In this document: positions 18,940 to 29,535 of the stretch, in pieces
How positions within the stretch are numbered: position 1 is the first letter of the stretch
Layout of the letters: each line of letters begins with the position of its first letter
Assembly: GCA_947581765.1 (NCBI GenBank)
Contig: CANPVU010000001.1
Coordinates: 5,513 to 69,512, forward strand
DNA: 64,000 nt
Direction of reading: 5' to 3'
Source: an uncultured Bacilli bacterium
GTDB lineage: Bacteria; Bacillota_I; Bacilli_A; RF39; UBA660
The notes under the pieces: generated by a model
Told to the model about the DNA's origin: nothing
Seen by the model: the letters and a program-made list of their open reading frames with translations, nothing else
The model's database searches: none
Position numbers and translations under genes: made by a program

Positions 18940-20359
18940 TTATATCACCATTCTTATTTTTAGATATTTTTTTTAATATTTTCTTTATTTCTTTATGATT
19001 AATAAATAAAATAAAAAGTAACATAAAAATTTCAACTGTATATAAAACAATATTATATTTTATTGTTAAGATTAAAATTATTTGAAGAATTAATATAATA
19101 TAGGAAAAAAAATCTCTTTTTAAATTTAATTTCAAACTCACATATCTTTTTACCTTTATTAACCTCATTAACCATACAATAAAATATGACATAGCTGTTG
19201 ACATAGCAGCTCCCATAACTCCAATTTTGTATATCAAAATTATATTTAGAATAAAATTTGATATCGCCCCAATTACAGTTGTATAACTTAAAAATTTCGA
19301 GTCTTTAGCTGCTTGAAAAACCCCACCTAATACTCCTGCGAGTGCTCCAAATAAAACAGAAATCATTAATAGTGGAACATATCTCCATGCAGAATAGAAA
19401 TCTTTTGAATATAAAATACTTGCAATTATTTTTGTAAAAATTATCATTACTGAGCATGCTACTATCATTATAAAATTATACGTACAATAAATGTTTTTTA
19501 AAAAAATATCTCTATCATTTTTATCATATAATTTAACAATTGATAACTGCCATGCCTGATTAAATATTGTTTGTACTACTGAAAGAATAGATGGAATTTT
19601 GTATGCAACTGAATATATACCATTTATCGACAATCCACACATCCAAGTAACAATATATCGATCTGAAGCATTGTTTATCCACCAACTTAACGAATTAAGG
19701 ACAAGAGGTCTGCTATACATTATCATACTCTTTTCTAATTTCTTATTTATTTTATTTAAACTTAAATATTTAAAAATTCTAATTCTTATTAATAAATAGA
19801 AACAAGAAAAAACATATGAAATTATGCTAGCTAAAAAATATCCATCCAATCCTAATTTCAATACTAATAGAAAATATAAATTTAAAGATATCATTATTAC
19901 AGTATTAATTACACCACTCATTGCTAAATCAAAAATTTTTCCTAAACCTCTTACAAAGTATTGTAAAATTTGAAAAATAGTAGTAGTTACAAAAAGAAAA
20001 ATAAAATAAGCTGAATATTCATTAAGTATATATACAAATTTAAAATAACAATTTATTATAAATAATATTAAAAAAATAATAAACCCAAAAAGAAAATATT
20101 TTATCGATATCATCATGATTTGTGATTTATCATTATTTTCATCCAACGAAAATCTCAAAATAGATTCCGAAATATTTAAAGTTAAAATAGGTGTTAACAA
20201 AGTTACTGTTGTATATATTAAATCATAACTGCCATAATCAGATGTAGATAATACAGCGGTATAAAGCGGTACAAGGAAAAAACTTAATAATTTACTACTG
20301 AAATTGCTAATTGTTAATAGTCCAATATTTTTTAATAAGTATTTGTATTTATTTTTCAT
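18920..20359 (-). CDS. Wzx-type flippase
   Basis: 479 aa polytopic MOP-family protein. Confidence 0.7.
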   Translation of the reverse strand: MKNKYKYLLKNIGLLTISNFSSKLLSFFLVPLYTAVLSTSDYGSYDLIYTTVTLLTPILTLNISESILRFSLDENNDKSQIMMISIKYFLFGFIIFLILFIINCYFKFVYILNEYSAYFIFLFVTTTIFQILQYFVRGLGKIFDLAMSGVINTVIMISLNLYFLLVLKLGLDGYFLASIISYVFSCFYLLIRIRIFKYLSLNKINKKLEKSMIMYSRPLVLNSLSWWINNASDRYIVTWMCGLSINGIYSVAYKIPSILSVVQTIFNQAWQLSIVKLYDKNDRDIFLKNIYCTYNFIMIVACSVMIIFTKIIASILYSKDFYSAWRYVPLLMISVLFGALAGVLGGVFQAAKDSKFLSYTTVIGAISNFILNIILIYKIGVMGAAMSTAMSYFIVWLMRLIKVKRYVSLKLNLKRDFFSYIILILQIILILTIKYNIVLYTVEIFMLLFILFINHKEIKKILKKISKNKNGDINEKIYQ

Positions 20360-21183
20360 TTTTTTCTTCTTCCTTTAAATTTAATCAAATAATAATTTAA
20401 TGTATGATTTAACCCCTGATTTTTTATTTTTAGAAAGAATTTTTGAGGAAAACTAATTACCTTTATAAATTTTTTTGAATTTTTTACTCCAAATATTGGT
20501 TCAAATTTTTGCATTACATAGTGCCATTTTTTATCGTTATCGTCTATCCAAGACATTGAATATCTATGGATACTATATGTATTTTCAGTAATTTGTAACT
20601 TACCATTATAATAATTTAAAGGACAAAAATATTCTGTAGGGAATATTGCTACTCCGTTTATAAATTGAAGTTTTTTACTAATTTTGAGTCCTTTGTTTTT
20701 TAATATTTCAGTCGTTATTTTGGGACAAGTAATAGTATTGAAAGTACCATCATCATTTATAAACCTCAAGTCATTATAATAATCTAAATTTTCTTTAATG
20801 ATTGGATGATGTTTTACTGCACCAAACCCCAAACCTGTATTAATAAAACCACTTACTTCAAATCCCATAAAGCATTCATATGACAGTAATTTATCGAAAT
20901 TTTTTATTACTTCTACATCAGTATCTAAATAAATTCCACCATTATTATAAATAATATCTAAACGCGCATAATCTGAAACAAAAGCCCATTTTTTATGTTC
21001 ATACGCAGATTTAATAAATTCACATTTTCTAATATCAAAATTTTTTTCGTTCCACTCTATTATTTGATAATCAGGCATGTATTTTTTCCAAGATTCTATA
21101 TAATTTTTATATTCTTCTGGTAATGGTTTTCCACCGAACCAACAATAATGAATAACTTTAGGTATTTTTTTCATAAAATTCAC
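20356..21183 (-). CDS. GT32-like glycosyltransferase (sugar-binding region with DXD motif)
   Basis: IPKVIHYCWFGGKPLPEEY ... LDTDVEV, the Gly_transf_sug (Och1-like) pattern. Confidence 0.7.
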   Translation of the reverse strand: MNFMKKIPKVIHYCWFGGKPLPEEYKNYIESWKKYMPDYQIIEWNEKNFDIRKCEFIKSAYEHKKWAFVSDYARLDIIYNNGGIYLDTDVEVIKNFDKLLSYECFMGFEVSGFINTGLGFGAVKHHPIIKENLDYYNDLRFINDDGTFNTITCPKITTEILKNKGLKISKKLQFINGVAIFPTEYFCPLNYYNGKLQITENTYSIHRYSMSWIDDNDKKWHYVMQKFEPIFGVKNSKKFIKVISFPQKFFLKIKNQGLNHTLNYYLIKFKGRRKK

Positions 21184-21184
21184 C

Positions 21185-22366
21185 TTATAATCTATTTTTA
21201 ATTTTAAATTTAATATTACTAAATTTTTTTCTTAATTTCATTTTAATTTCTTGATTTTTTGTACCTCTACAATACATTTTTAAAAATTTTTTCTTTAATT
21301 CACAATAAGCTTTTAATGCATCATCCTTATATGGATAATAGTATAGTTCATCATATCTAACTATGCTATTTCTGTCTGTATCATAATATGTTTCAATTAA
21401 TATGTTATAATTTTCTTCTGGATCATAACTTAAATCATAAAGTTCTTCAACATTTGTTTCTTTATTATATATATATTTAAATCGCTCACCAATAATTGCA
21501 GTTTTTCTATGTGGTTGCATATAGTATGCAGTGTCAACAATTGTAAATTTTCTTTCAATGATTTTATTATTCAATATTAATTCAACTAAATCCAAATGCG
21601 AAGTTAAAAAATCAACACTTTTTATATTATCAATTCTAGGAGTTATCAATGGAATACAAACTATTGGTTCATAAACGTGAAATCCATAACCTACCAGGCC
21701 CTTATGCATGTTCATATGTCCATGATCAGTTGTTAGGTAAATGTTATCATCACCTACCATTTTTCTTACAAAACCAACAATATTATCAAAATCCTCCATA
21801 TCATCCATATAAGAATTTCTACCTTTTAATATATGTGGAAGATGCATCCAAATAAATACAGGCTTAGATAAATCAATAGAATTTAGTTCAGTATAAATTT
21901 TATTATAGGTTTCTTCCATTTTTTTATCATTTCTTATTATTTTTTTCTCTGCATCTTTCTTTTTATGTGAGCCAGCTGGTTGTGCAATATCAATGTTATG
22001 TATAATTGTTTTATTTTCGTCACCAAATTCACGTACATATTTCCATGCCATGTCCATCCAAGTTTTGTCCCATATTAAATGGCATATATATCCCTTTTTT
22101 TGTAATATGTCAAAAATACTATTAAATTCATTTTTCAAAACAGGTTTATAAGTTTTTCTGCTTGAGAACTCATATGGATACTTTCCTGTTAAAAAAGAAC
22201 TCATTGACATAGATGTAGATGATGCTGTTGTGTAATGCCTTTTGAAAACTGTTCCATTATGTGCTAATGTATCGATATTTGGTGTATTAAATAATTTGTT
22301 ACCATATATTGGTAAAGACTCTTTTGACATACAATCTTTTGTTAGCAAAAAAATAATTTTTTTCAT
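21185..22366 (-). CDS. Sulfatase-fold (alkaline phosphatase superfamily) protein, probable phosphotransferase/hydrolase
   Basis: FNTPNIDTLAHNGTVFKRHYT...LTGKYP is the sulfatase N-terminal fold. The C/S-x-P-x-R formylglycine motif is absent (TSMSMSSF). No transmembrane segment. Confidence 0.55.
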   Translation of the reverse strand: MKKIIFLLTKDCMSKESLPIYGNKLFNTPNIDTLAHNGTVFKRHYTTASSTSMSMSSFLTGKYPYEFSSRKTYKPVLKNEFNSIFDILQKKGYICHLIWDKTWMDMAWKYVREFGDENKTIIHNIDIAQPAGSHKKKDAEKKIIRNDKKMEETYNKIYTELNSIDLSKPVFIWMHLPHILKGRNSYMDDMEDFDNIVGFVRKMVGDDNIYLTTDHGHMNMHKGLVGYGFHVYEPIVCIPLITPRIDNIKSVDFLTSHLDLVELILNNKIIERKFTIVDTAYYMQPHRKTAIIGERFKYIYNKETNVEELYDLSYDPEENYNILIETYYDTDRNSIVRYDELYYYPYKDDALKAYCELKKKFLKMYCRGTKNQEIKMKLRKKFSNIKFKIKNRL

Positions 22367-23646
22367 TCTAGTTCATTCATCTCCTTATATGAAATTATTA
22401 TTGGTGAAAAAGATAACAATAAAAATGATAAATAGGAAATATCTCTTCTACTAGTGCTATTATAGAAAATATTAAAAATCAATAAAATTGATATAATTAC
22501 AATACTTTTTAAAATATAACAATCACTTTTTTTTATTCTTCTGCTTGATAAAATTGTGTAAAATATGATTGATATATAAATGAATATGTATGATATTAAT
22601 CCTGTTAAACCTGTTTCTATATAAATCATGGCCGAAGAAAGATTTCTATATTCATATGATGAGTAAGCATTATAAAAATCACTATTTAAAAATGCGAAAT
22701 TGGAAGACATTTCAGCCGATCCAAAGCCATTTCCTATTATTTGTTTAATATTAGAATTATTAAAAAAATTTTTATTTATTTGATAGTAAAATGAACTTCT
22801 ACCAATTATGTATCTATTATTGTCACCAGTTGAATTAGAATATTTCATAATTTCTGTAATGCTTGAAAAAAAATTTTCAAAGTTTGGAAATAATGTTATC
22901 GTTATACGTATTCCCATTATCCCAATTAATATTATAAAAAATATAATAACTAATTTTTTTATTGAAAATTTATAACTGCAAAAACATACTAGTAATATTA
23001 AAAGTAATTCTAAAAAGAATACCTTTAGTTCAGACATTGCAGATATCAATATACTTGTAATAACTATAAAAATAAAATTTAAACCTGTATTGAAATTTTT
23101 TTTACTATCTTTTTTCAAAGAGAGAAATTTGCTTATAGCAAGGCTTGTAGTAATGATTAAAAATATATTCATAAATCCATTACAACCTTGAGATGTACCG
23201 AATATACCGCCAAGATAATCCCCCTTATACTTAAAAATAAAGTATTGAATTAAAACTAATATAAAATTAAAATAGTGAATTTTGTATAGATCATTAATAA
23301 TTCTTCTTATATCTTCAATATTTAAATTTTCTTTACACAAATAAAAGAAGAAAATAAATCTAAAGGAGTTTCTTAAGGCCCAAAAAAACAAAGTAATTTT
23401 TACTGTATTTAAAATTGCTGATAAAATTACAATTATTAGATAACTTATAATAAAAAAATTTATTAAAGAAGTTTTAGTGTGTTTTTTCTTTTTTTTTAAA
23501 CTTAAAAATATGGAAAAAATTATTAAAAAATCAGGAATATATCGTAAAATCGAAAAAGATGGAATTATTTCTATTAATAATGATGAAAACAAAGTTATGT
23601 ATAATATTATATAAATTATTTTTTTATTTATATCTTTTATTATCAT
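22363..23646 (-). CDS. Wzy-like polysaccharide polymerase membrane protein
   Basis: 427 aa polytopic protein inside a glycosyltransferase operon. Confidence 0.55.
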   Translation of the reverse strand: MIIKDINKKIIYIILYITLFSSLLIEIIPSFSILRYIPDFLIIFSIFLSLKKKKKHTKTSLINFFIISYLIIVILSAILNTVKITLFFWALRNSFRFIFFFYLCKENLNIEDIRRIINDLYKIHYFNFILVLIQYFIFKYKGDYLGGIFGTSQGCNGFMNIFLIITTSLAISKFLSLKKDSKKNFNTGLNFIFIVITSILISAMSELKVFFLELLLILLVCFCSYKFSIKKLVIIFFIILIGIMGIRITITLFPNFENFFSSITEIMKYSNSTGDNNRYIIGRSSFYYQINKNFFNNSNIKQIIGNGFGSAEMSSNFAFLNSDFYNAYSSYEYRNLSSAMIYIETGLTGLISYIFIYISIIFYTILSSRRIKKSDCYILKSIVIISILLIFNIFYNSTSRRDISYLSFLLLSFSPIIISYKEMNELE

Positions 23647-24749
23647 CTATAAAATCCTCCAATTCTACAGAAAAGGTAAATTAAGTAAATCATTTTATGT
23701 TTTATCAAAATTGATATTATTTTCTGCTTTGTTGGATTTTGATGGTAAGGATACTTATCTAAAACTTCTTGAATAACATCATTATTACAGATTTTTTTTA
23801 TTTCTTTTATTTTATTTTTAAAGCTTAAATCTGATACTGTAACAATTTGTTTAAAACATACTCTAGTATTTCCAAGTAAAGTACGTTGAATTCTATTATC
23901 AGCATCTTTAAAACCCAGCTCATGTATTAGTTCTAATTCTTTTTTATATAAAATAATATTTTTTTCAAATCTATTTGAATTATATCTTTTTGTTAAAGAG
24001 TTGTAATTTTTTCGGTAATAATAATCACACTTAGAAGACGTACAAACTATTTTTGAATTTCTTAAAAAATAAATATTAAATATTAAATCTTCTGAAATAT
24101 ATTCTCTTTCTGAAAAAAAGCTAAGTCTATTCTTATCAATAATTTCTTTTCTATATATTGCTACACAACTAGAAATTGGAAAGCTTTGGTCTTTCTTTTT
24201 TTTAGGTGTAGAGCCAAGCATATCTAACATTATTCTATCTATTTGATTGTTTTTCAAAACCATATTACCATATGAATTGGGATTTTTTTTTATTTTTCCA
24301 TTTGGAAATAAATCAATTATTCCAGAATATACTGCATCAGCATCTTCTTTTATTGCAATATTGTATAAGTTATATAACATATTTTCACTAATAAAATCGT
24401 CAGAATCTACAAATGAAATATATTCACCCATAGCAATATTAATACCTGAATTTCTTGCTAACCCTAATCCCTCATTTTTTTTGTGAATTACTCTAACTCT
24501 AGAATCTTTTTCTTTATAATAATCGCAAATTTTTGGGCAATTATCTGGTGAATTATCATCTATTAATATAATTTCAATATTTTTTAGTTTTTGATTTAAT
24601 ATTGATTCAATACATTCTTGCAAATATTTTTCTACATTATATATTGGAACAATAACACTAACTTTAGGCTTTTTCATATTAACTCTCCCATTTAAACATT
24701 TATTAAAAATAAACAAAACATTTTTTAATAATCTATATATTTTGTTCAT
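23643..24749 (-). CDS. Glycosyltransferase family 2
   Basis: VSVIVPIYNVEKYLQECIESILNQ...IILIDDNSPDN...VDSDD. Likely true start at the internal MKKPKVS. Confidence 0.75.
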   Translation of the reverse strand: MNKIYRLLKNVLFIFNKCLNGRVNMKKPKVSVIVPIYNVEKYLQECIESILNQKLKNIEIILIDDNSPDNCPKICDYYKEKDSRVRVIHKKNEGLGLARNSGINIAMGEYISFVDSDDFISENMLYNLYNIAIKEDADAVYSGIIDLFPNGKIKKNPNSYGNMVLKNNQIDRIMLDMLGSTPKKKKDQSFPISSCVAIYRKEIIDKNRLSFFSEREYISEDLIFNIYFLRNSKIVCTSSKCDYYYRKNYNSLTKRYNSNRFEKNIILYKKELELIHELGFKDADNRIQRTLLGNTRVCFKQIVTVSDLSFKNKIKEIKKICNNDVIQEVLDKYPYHQNPTKQKIISILIKHKMIYLIYLFCRIGGFYR

Positions 24750-24785
24750 ATGACAATTTTAGTCATATTTTTTCAATTATCATAC

Positions 24786-25889
24786 TTATTCATCAGGCAA
24801 TCCATTTTTTATAACACAATTCATATCACATGTACTACATTTATCTAATTCTTCCTTGGTAACTTTTCCGTCTTTAAAATCTCTAACAATTTTGTTTTCA
24901 TACATTGAATATTTATTTTGTTTAAAAAATCTTAAAAACTTATGTCTAAATACCCACCATGCTGGTTTCCATATATATTTGTGCATTGCTGGAGAAACAG
25001 ATCCAATCATCCAACATTGCCTATCACAATGTCGTACTTTATTTCTTACTCTTTCTGCTTTCTCTGAATTCCAAAGTTCTTCCCAAGTTTGTTCATTTAA
25101 ATTTCCCATTATTTCTTTGTCTTTAGTTCCATTACAAGGCATTACATCACCATATGGGTCTATGAAAAATGTATCAAATGCCATATCACATGGTAACAAA
25201 CGTTTTTGACCATAAATATAATTAATTAATCCATGATTAAAGTATGCTCTAAACCATTTTTTTGGAGAGTTAGACTTTAAAAGTTCATTAATTAATTTTT
25301 CAAATTCTTTTGCTACCATTGGTCTATCATGAATAATGTTTTTTGCCTCTACAAAATAGAAACTATTATGTAAGGATGCTGTTGCAAATTCCATATTTAA
25401 TTCATCAGATAATTTATATAGTTCAACTAAATCTTTTGCATTAGCATCTTGTACAGTCATTCCAAATCCTACATCTGGATGTTTCATTTCAACAAGTTTT
25501 TTTAGTGTTGAATATCCTTTATTAAATCCATCATCTAATCCTCTAATTTTATTATTTGTTTCTTCTAATCCTTCAATTGATATTCTAATTCCAACATTAG
25601 GAAATTCTTCACATAATTTAATAATTCTATCTGTAAAAAAACCATTAGTTGATATAACAATACGATCAGATTTTTTATATAATTCTCGTACTATATCTGG
25701 TAAATCTTCTCTTATGAATGGTTCTCCACCTGTTATGTTTGTAAAATACATTTTAGGTAATTTTTTTATTGTTTCAACACTAAGTTCTTCTTCAGGTTTT
25801 GAAGGACATTTATATCTATTACACATAGTACATCTAGCGTTACATCTATAAGTAACTATTACGGTTCCGTTTAACTTTTTCTCTGCCAT
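24786..25889 (-). CDS. Radical SAM / SPASM-domain protein, copy 2
   Basis: MAEKKLNGTVIVTYRCNARCTMCNRY..., near-identical to 8122-9309 over about 355 aa. Distinct 13-aa C-terminal tail. The ORF-track N-terminal extension MILM is probably not used. Confidence 0.8.
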   Translation of the reverse strand: MAEKKLNGTVIVTYRCNARCTMCNRYKCPSKPEEELSVETIKKLPKMYFTNITGGEPFIREDLPDIVRELYKKSDRIVISTNGFFTDRIIKLCEEFPNVGIRISIEGLEETNNKIRGLDDGFNKGYSTLKKLVEMKHPDVGFGMTVQDANAKDLVELYKLSDELNMEFATASLHNSFYFVEAKNIIHDRPMVAKEFEKLINELLKSNSPKKWFRAYFNHGLINYIYGQKRLLPCDMAFDTFFIDPYGDVMPCNGTKDKEIMGNLNEQTWEELWNSEKAERVRNKVRHCDRQCWMIGSVSPAMHKYIWKPAWWVFRHKFLRFFKQNKYSMYENKIVRDFKDGKVTKEELDKCSTCDMNCVIKNGLPDE

Positions 25890-25912
25890 GAGAATCACCT
25901 TTCTTTTTATTA
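24855..25912. repeat. Inverted repeat B, right copy
   Basis: Reverse complement matches 8110-9195. Confidence 0.75.
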
Positions 25913-25941
25913 ATTTTGTTATAAAAATATATTTACATTAA

Positions 25942-27111
25942 TTAATTATTATTTTTAAATTCATTTAAATACTTATTAGAAATTACATCCCAGCTATATT
26001 TTTTTACAGCAATATCCCTAGATTTTTTACATATTTTTTTTCTTTCTTGTTCATTTAATATGTAATTTTTTATTAAATTATCAAAACTTTCTTGATTTTC
26101 ATAAAATAAAATTACTTTTTTTAAATCATCTGATACTTCTAATATGTTTTTTTTGTTCATTATTACTGGTAATCCGCACGACATCGCCTCTAATATAACT
26201 AAACTAAATGCTTCAGCTGTAGATGGAAAGATAAAAGCTTTAGCACTGTTATAAAATTTATTTATTTGTTCACCAGGTTGTAGTTCTCCAACATACTCAA
26301 CTTTATTTTTAAGATTATTATTATACACATAAGTATCTATTGCATCTTTATACTTACTATCAATAATTCCACCGGCATATAAATATTTATATCTCTCATC
26401 GTCTTGTAGAAGTTTTGTTAAATTTTTAATAGCTCCTAATTGGTTTTTTCGTTCGCATACTGATCCAGATTGAAAAAACACAAACTTTTCTTGATTACTG
26501 TTTATTTCCTTATATATTTCAGTATTAACCCCATTATCAATTTGTACTAACCTTTTTTCATCTATACCTAAATGATTAATAAAATGATTTGCAGTAATAT
26601 TATTTAGGACAAATACTTTATCAGCTTTTTTGATAGAATAAACCTCTTGAAAATATTTTTTTCTTATGATTGAGGAAATTTTTTCCCACTCATTATTCCA
26701 TATATAACTATGAACTGTATAGAATAAATGTACTCTCTTTCTTATTTTTTTAGAAGTCATAATAAGAAAGAAAAACATATTATATTGATTATGAAAATGT
26801 ATATACAAATTTTCTTTTGAAAATTTTATTTCTTTTTTCAAAGATTTTGCTAAAGATAATGAGTATAGTACTCTTTTAAATTTATGTAAAATTCCCAAAG
26901 TTGTATCTTTTTTTCTAAAACATTTTGGAATATTCACTTCTCTAATTTTTAAATTTGTTTTTTTTCTATTTTCGTCTTTAACATCAAATATTTCATAATT
27001 GATTTTTTTGTTTTGAAAAGATTTTGATAACTCTTCTACTACTATTTCAGTAGCAGCTCCCATATTTGCTGGAATTGAGGTGTAACCAGTTCCTACTTCG
27101 ATTATTTTCAT
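25942..27111 (-). CDS. Glycosyltransferase family 4
   Basis: FPSTAEAFSLVILEAMSCGLPVI motif. Confidence 0.7.
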   Translation of the reverse strand: MKIIEVGTGYTSIPANMGAATEIVVEELSKSFQNKKINYEIFDVKDENRKKTNLKIREVNIPKCFRKKDTTLGILHKFKRVLYSLSLAKSLKKEIKFSKENLYIHFHNQYNMFFFLIMTSKKIRKRVHLFYTVHSYIWNNEWEKISSIIRKKYFQEVYSIKKADKVFVLNNITANHFINHLGIDEKRLVQIDNGVNTEIYKEINSNQEKFVFFQSGSVCERKNQLGAIKNLTKLLQDDERYKYLYAGGIIDSKYKDAIDTYVYNNNLKNKVEYVGELQPGEQINKFYNSAKAFIFPSTAEAFSLVILEAMSCGLPVIMNKKNILEVSDDLKKVILFYENQESFDNLIKNYILNEQERKKICKKSRDIAVKKYSWDVISNKYLNEFKNNN

Positions 27112-27126
27112 AAATTTATCACTACC

Positions 27127-28326
27127 TTAAATATTTTTATATAAGCTTATTAATTTTTCCGCATAATTTTTTATTGTAACAACTTTATTATTTTTACAAT
27201 TTTTAGAATATCTTTCTAACTTTTGTTTATCATTCCACAACATTAAAATTTTATTTTTTAATTCTGTTTTATTTTTTGCTTCAAATATTTCTCCATTTAT
27301 ACCTTCATTAATTAATTCTGGAATTCCACCCATATTAGAACCAATAACTGGAGTTCCACACATTATTGATTCAATCACGGAAAATGGGCAATTTTCATAC
27401 CATTCAGAGGGGCAAATACTAATTTTAGCTTCTGCAATTAAGCTTTCAAGCTCCTTTCCACTTTTAAATCCAACAAACTCAGCATTAGTAATTTTTTGAA
27501 TTTTATTTTCTAAAGGTCCATATCCAGCAAAAACAAATTTAATATTTTTTAACTCTTTAGCTACTTCAATTAAAGTTTCTACCCCTTTATCTTTACATAA
27601 TTTTCCAAAATAAATTATATAGTCTTTTTTTTCATAATTATTAGTTTCAATTTTTTTATCAACATAATTATGAATGACAATTGTTTTATTCTTAAATAAA
27701 TCACACGTATCCAATTTACTTTTCATAAAATAACTAGGACATATTATTTTATCAACATAATTATATGTTTTTCTTTTATGCCAATAAAAACTATCAAGCA
27801 TTGCTATTAAACTTTTGATTCTAGAATTTTTCATACACTTACTTTTAAAACAATTTATATATTTTCCATTTAAACATTTTTCACATGGATTGATATTATT
27901 ATCAAATAATCCGTGACTTGGGCAAACTAATTGATAATCATGTGCAACATAAAAAACTTTTATTTTTTTATTCTTTTTTTTGTATATTCCTATAGCATCT
28001 ATAATTGATGGTGTAAGATGATATTCTATATTGTTCAATATAACTAAATTTGGTTCATAAACATTAAGTAATCTAATCATTTTTTTCTTTGCTTCTTTGT
28101 TGTTTATCATGCTTTTTACCTGAAAAATATTTTTAAATGTTTTGGGTGAAAAATCTTTTTCGGAAACATATAAATTATAATCATTCTTTAATATATTTTT
28201 TGAATTTTTCATTCCAAAATATTGAACCTCATGACCTTGTAATTTAAAAAAATTGCCTAGTTTAATTACATAAGTTTCAGCACCACCTTTTTGGTATAGG
28301 AACTTATTAACTAATAAAATTTTCAT
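27127..28326 (-). CDS. Glycosyltransferase family 4
   Basis: ICPSEWYENCPFSVIESIMCGTPVIGSNMGGIPELI. Confidence 0.7.
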   Translation of the reverse strand: MKILLVNKFLYQKGGAETYVIKLGNFFKLQGHEVQYFGMKNSKNILKNDYNLYVSEKDFSPKTFKNIFQVKSMINNKEAKKKMIRLLNVYEPNLVILNNIEYHLTPSIIDAIGIYKKKNKKIKVFYVAHDYQLVCPSHGLFDNNINPCEKCLNGKYINCFKSKCMKNSRIKSLIAMLDSFYWHKRKTYNYVDKIICPSYFMKSKLDTCDLFKNKTIVIHNYVDKKIETNNYEKKDYIIYFGKLCKDKGVETLIEVAKELKNIKFVFAGYGPLENKIQKITNAEFVGFKSGKELESLIAEAKISICPSEWYENCPFSVIESIMCGTPVIGSNMGGIPELINEGINGEIFEAKNKTELKNKILMLWNDKQKLERYSKNCKNNKVVTIKNYAEKLISLYKNI

Positions 28327-28334
28327 ATTAGCAC

Positions 28335-29456
28335 CTACTTTTTATATAAATTTAATGTTATTTGTACAACATCATCCCAGTTATATTTATTTAGAATATA
28401 ATCTTGAGCATTAGTTTTATACTTAATAACAATGTCTTCTTTATCTAATAATTTTTGAAGTTTATTTTTTAAATCTTCAATATTTGATTTTTTAAATGTT
28501 AATCCATTATCTTTTATTACAGTAGCACATTCCTCTATATCAGAAGTTAGGCAACAATTTCCATAACTCATTGCTTCAAGTAGTGAAAGAGGCATACCTT
28601 CTAAATCACTTGGTAAAACATATATGTATGCATTGCTATATAGTTCTTCCAATTCTTGCCCTTGAATAAAACCGGTAAATATAATGTTTTTATTATTTTC
28701 TGATTTTTCTTTTAACTCGGAATAATATTCATTAGTATCACTAGCACCGCCAGCAATAACTAATTTTTTGTTTGTTTTAATTTTGTTAAATGCATCAATT
28801 AAATAATGAATTCCTTTTTCTGGAACAATTCTTCCCAAAAAAAGTATGTAGTCATTTTTTCTTAATCCATATTTCTCATTTATGATTTTTGCTTCTTTTA
28901 TTTCTGGTTTAGAAACTCCATTAGGTATAAAGTTTGTATCCCTGTTGTATGTTTCTTTGAAATATTTTTTTACGTTTTCACTAAGTACAATTATTTCATC
29001 TGCATACTTAGCAGCCATTTTTTCACCAAATTTTATATATTTGGAGGCAAAGCCATTTTTCCATTTAGCTCTTTGCCAATCTAATCCATGAATTGTTGCA
29101 ATTACTTTTTTTCTAGAGAAAAGTTTAATTATTGGAATCATGGCACATGGACCTTCGGCATGGTAATGTACTATTTCTGCATTAGAAAAAAGTATTTTAA
29201 ATGTTCCAAAAAAAGAAGATGTCATAGCTGCTAAACCTTTTTTATCAATTGTTAATACTTCTTTTATTTTTATACCTTTATATTCTTTTAATTTTTTAAT
29301 CTTCTCATTTTTATCTAATACATGTTTACCACGTCTATTGTAGCAAGTAACTTCGTTACCAAGTTGAACCATTCTAGTTGATAATTCTTCTACAACAATT
29401 TCAACTCCACCTTCACGTGAGGGTATTCTCTTATGACCTATCATTGCTATTTTCAT
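28335..29456 (-). CDS. Glycosyltransferase family 4, copy 2 of the duplicated gene
   Basis: Identical to 6976-8100 except the last ~12 aa. Confidence 0.8.
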   Translation of the reverse strand: MKIAMIGHKRIPSREGGVEIVVEELSTRMVQLGNEVTCYNRRGKHVLDKNEKIKKLKEYKGIKIKEVLTIDKKGLAAMTSSFFGTFKILFSNAEIVHYHAEGPCAMIPIIKLFSRKKVIATIHGLDWQRAKWKNGFASKYIKFGEKMAAKYADEIIVLSENVKKYFKETYNRDTNFIPNGVSKPEIKEAKIINEKYGLRKNDYILFLGRIVPEKGIHYLIDAFNKIKTNKKLVIAGGASDTNEYYSELKEKSENNKNIIFTGFIQGQELEELYSNAYIYVLPSDLEGMPLSLLEAMSYGNCCLTSDIEECATVIKDNGLTFKKSNIEDLKNKLQKLLDKEDIVIKYKTNAQDYILNKYNWDDVVQITLNLYKK

Positions 29457-29535
29457 TTATGTACCTCTTTACAATGTAATTAATCTAATTATTAAAAAAA
29501 ATTTCCAACAACTTTTCTTAAAGTAAAATCCTTAG
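28365..29535. repeat. Inverted repeat A, right copy (includes a 40-nt remnant of the PHP gene 3' end)
   Basis: Reverse complement of 29457-29535 reproduces GATTTTACTTTAAGAAAAGTTGTTGGAAATTTTTTTTAATAATTAG...AAGAGGTACATAAATG found at 6901-6978. Confidence 0.8.

Noticed and set aside
21185-22366. Annotating the sulfatase-fold protein as a true sulfatase
   Set aside because: The C/S-x-P-x-R formylglycine motif is replaced by TSMSMSSF, and there is no signal peptide. More likely a phosphotransferase/hydrolase of the alkaline phosphatase superfamily.
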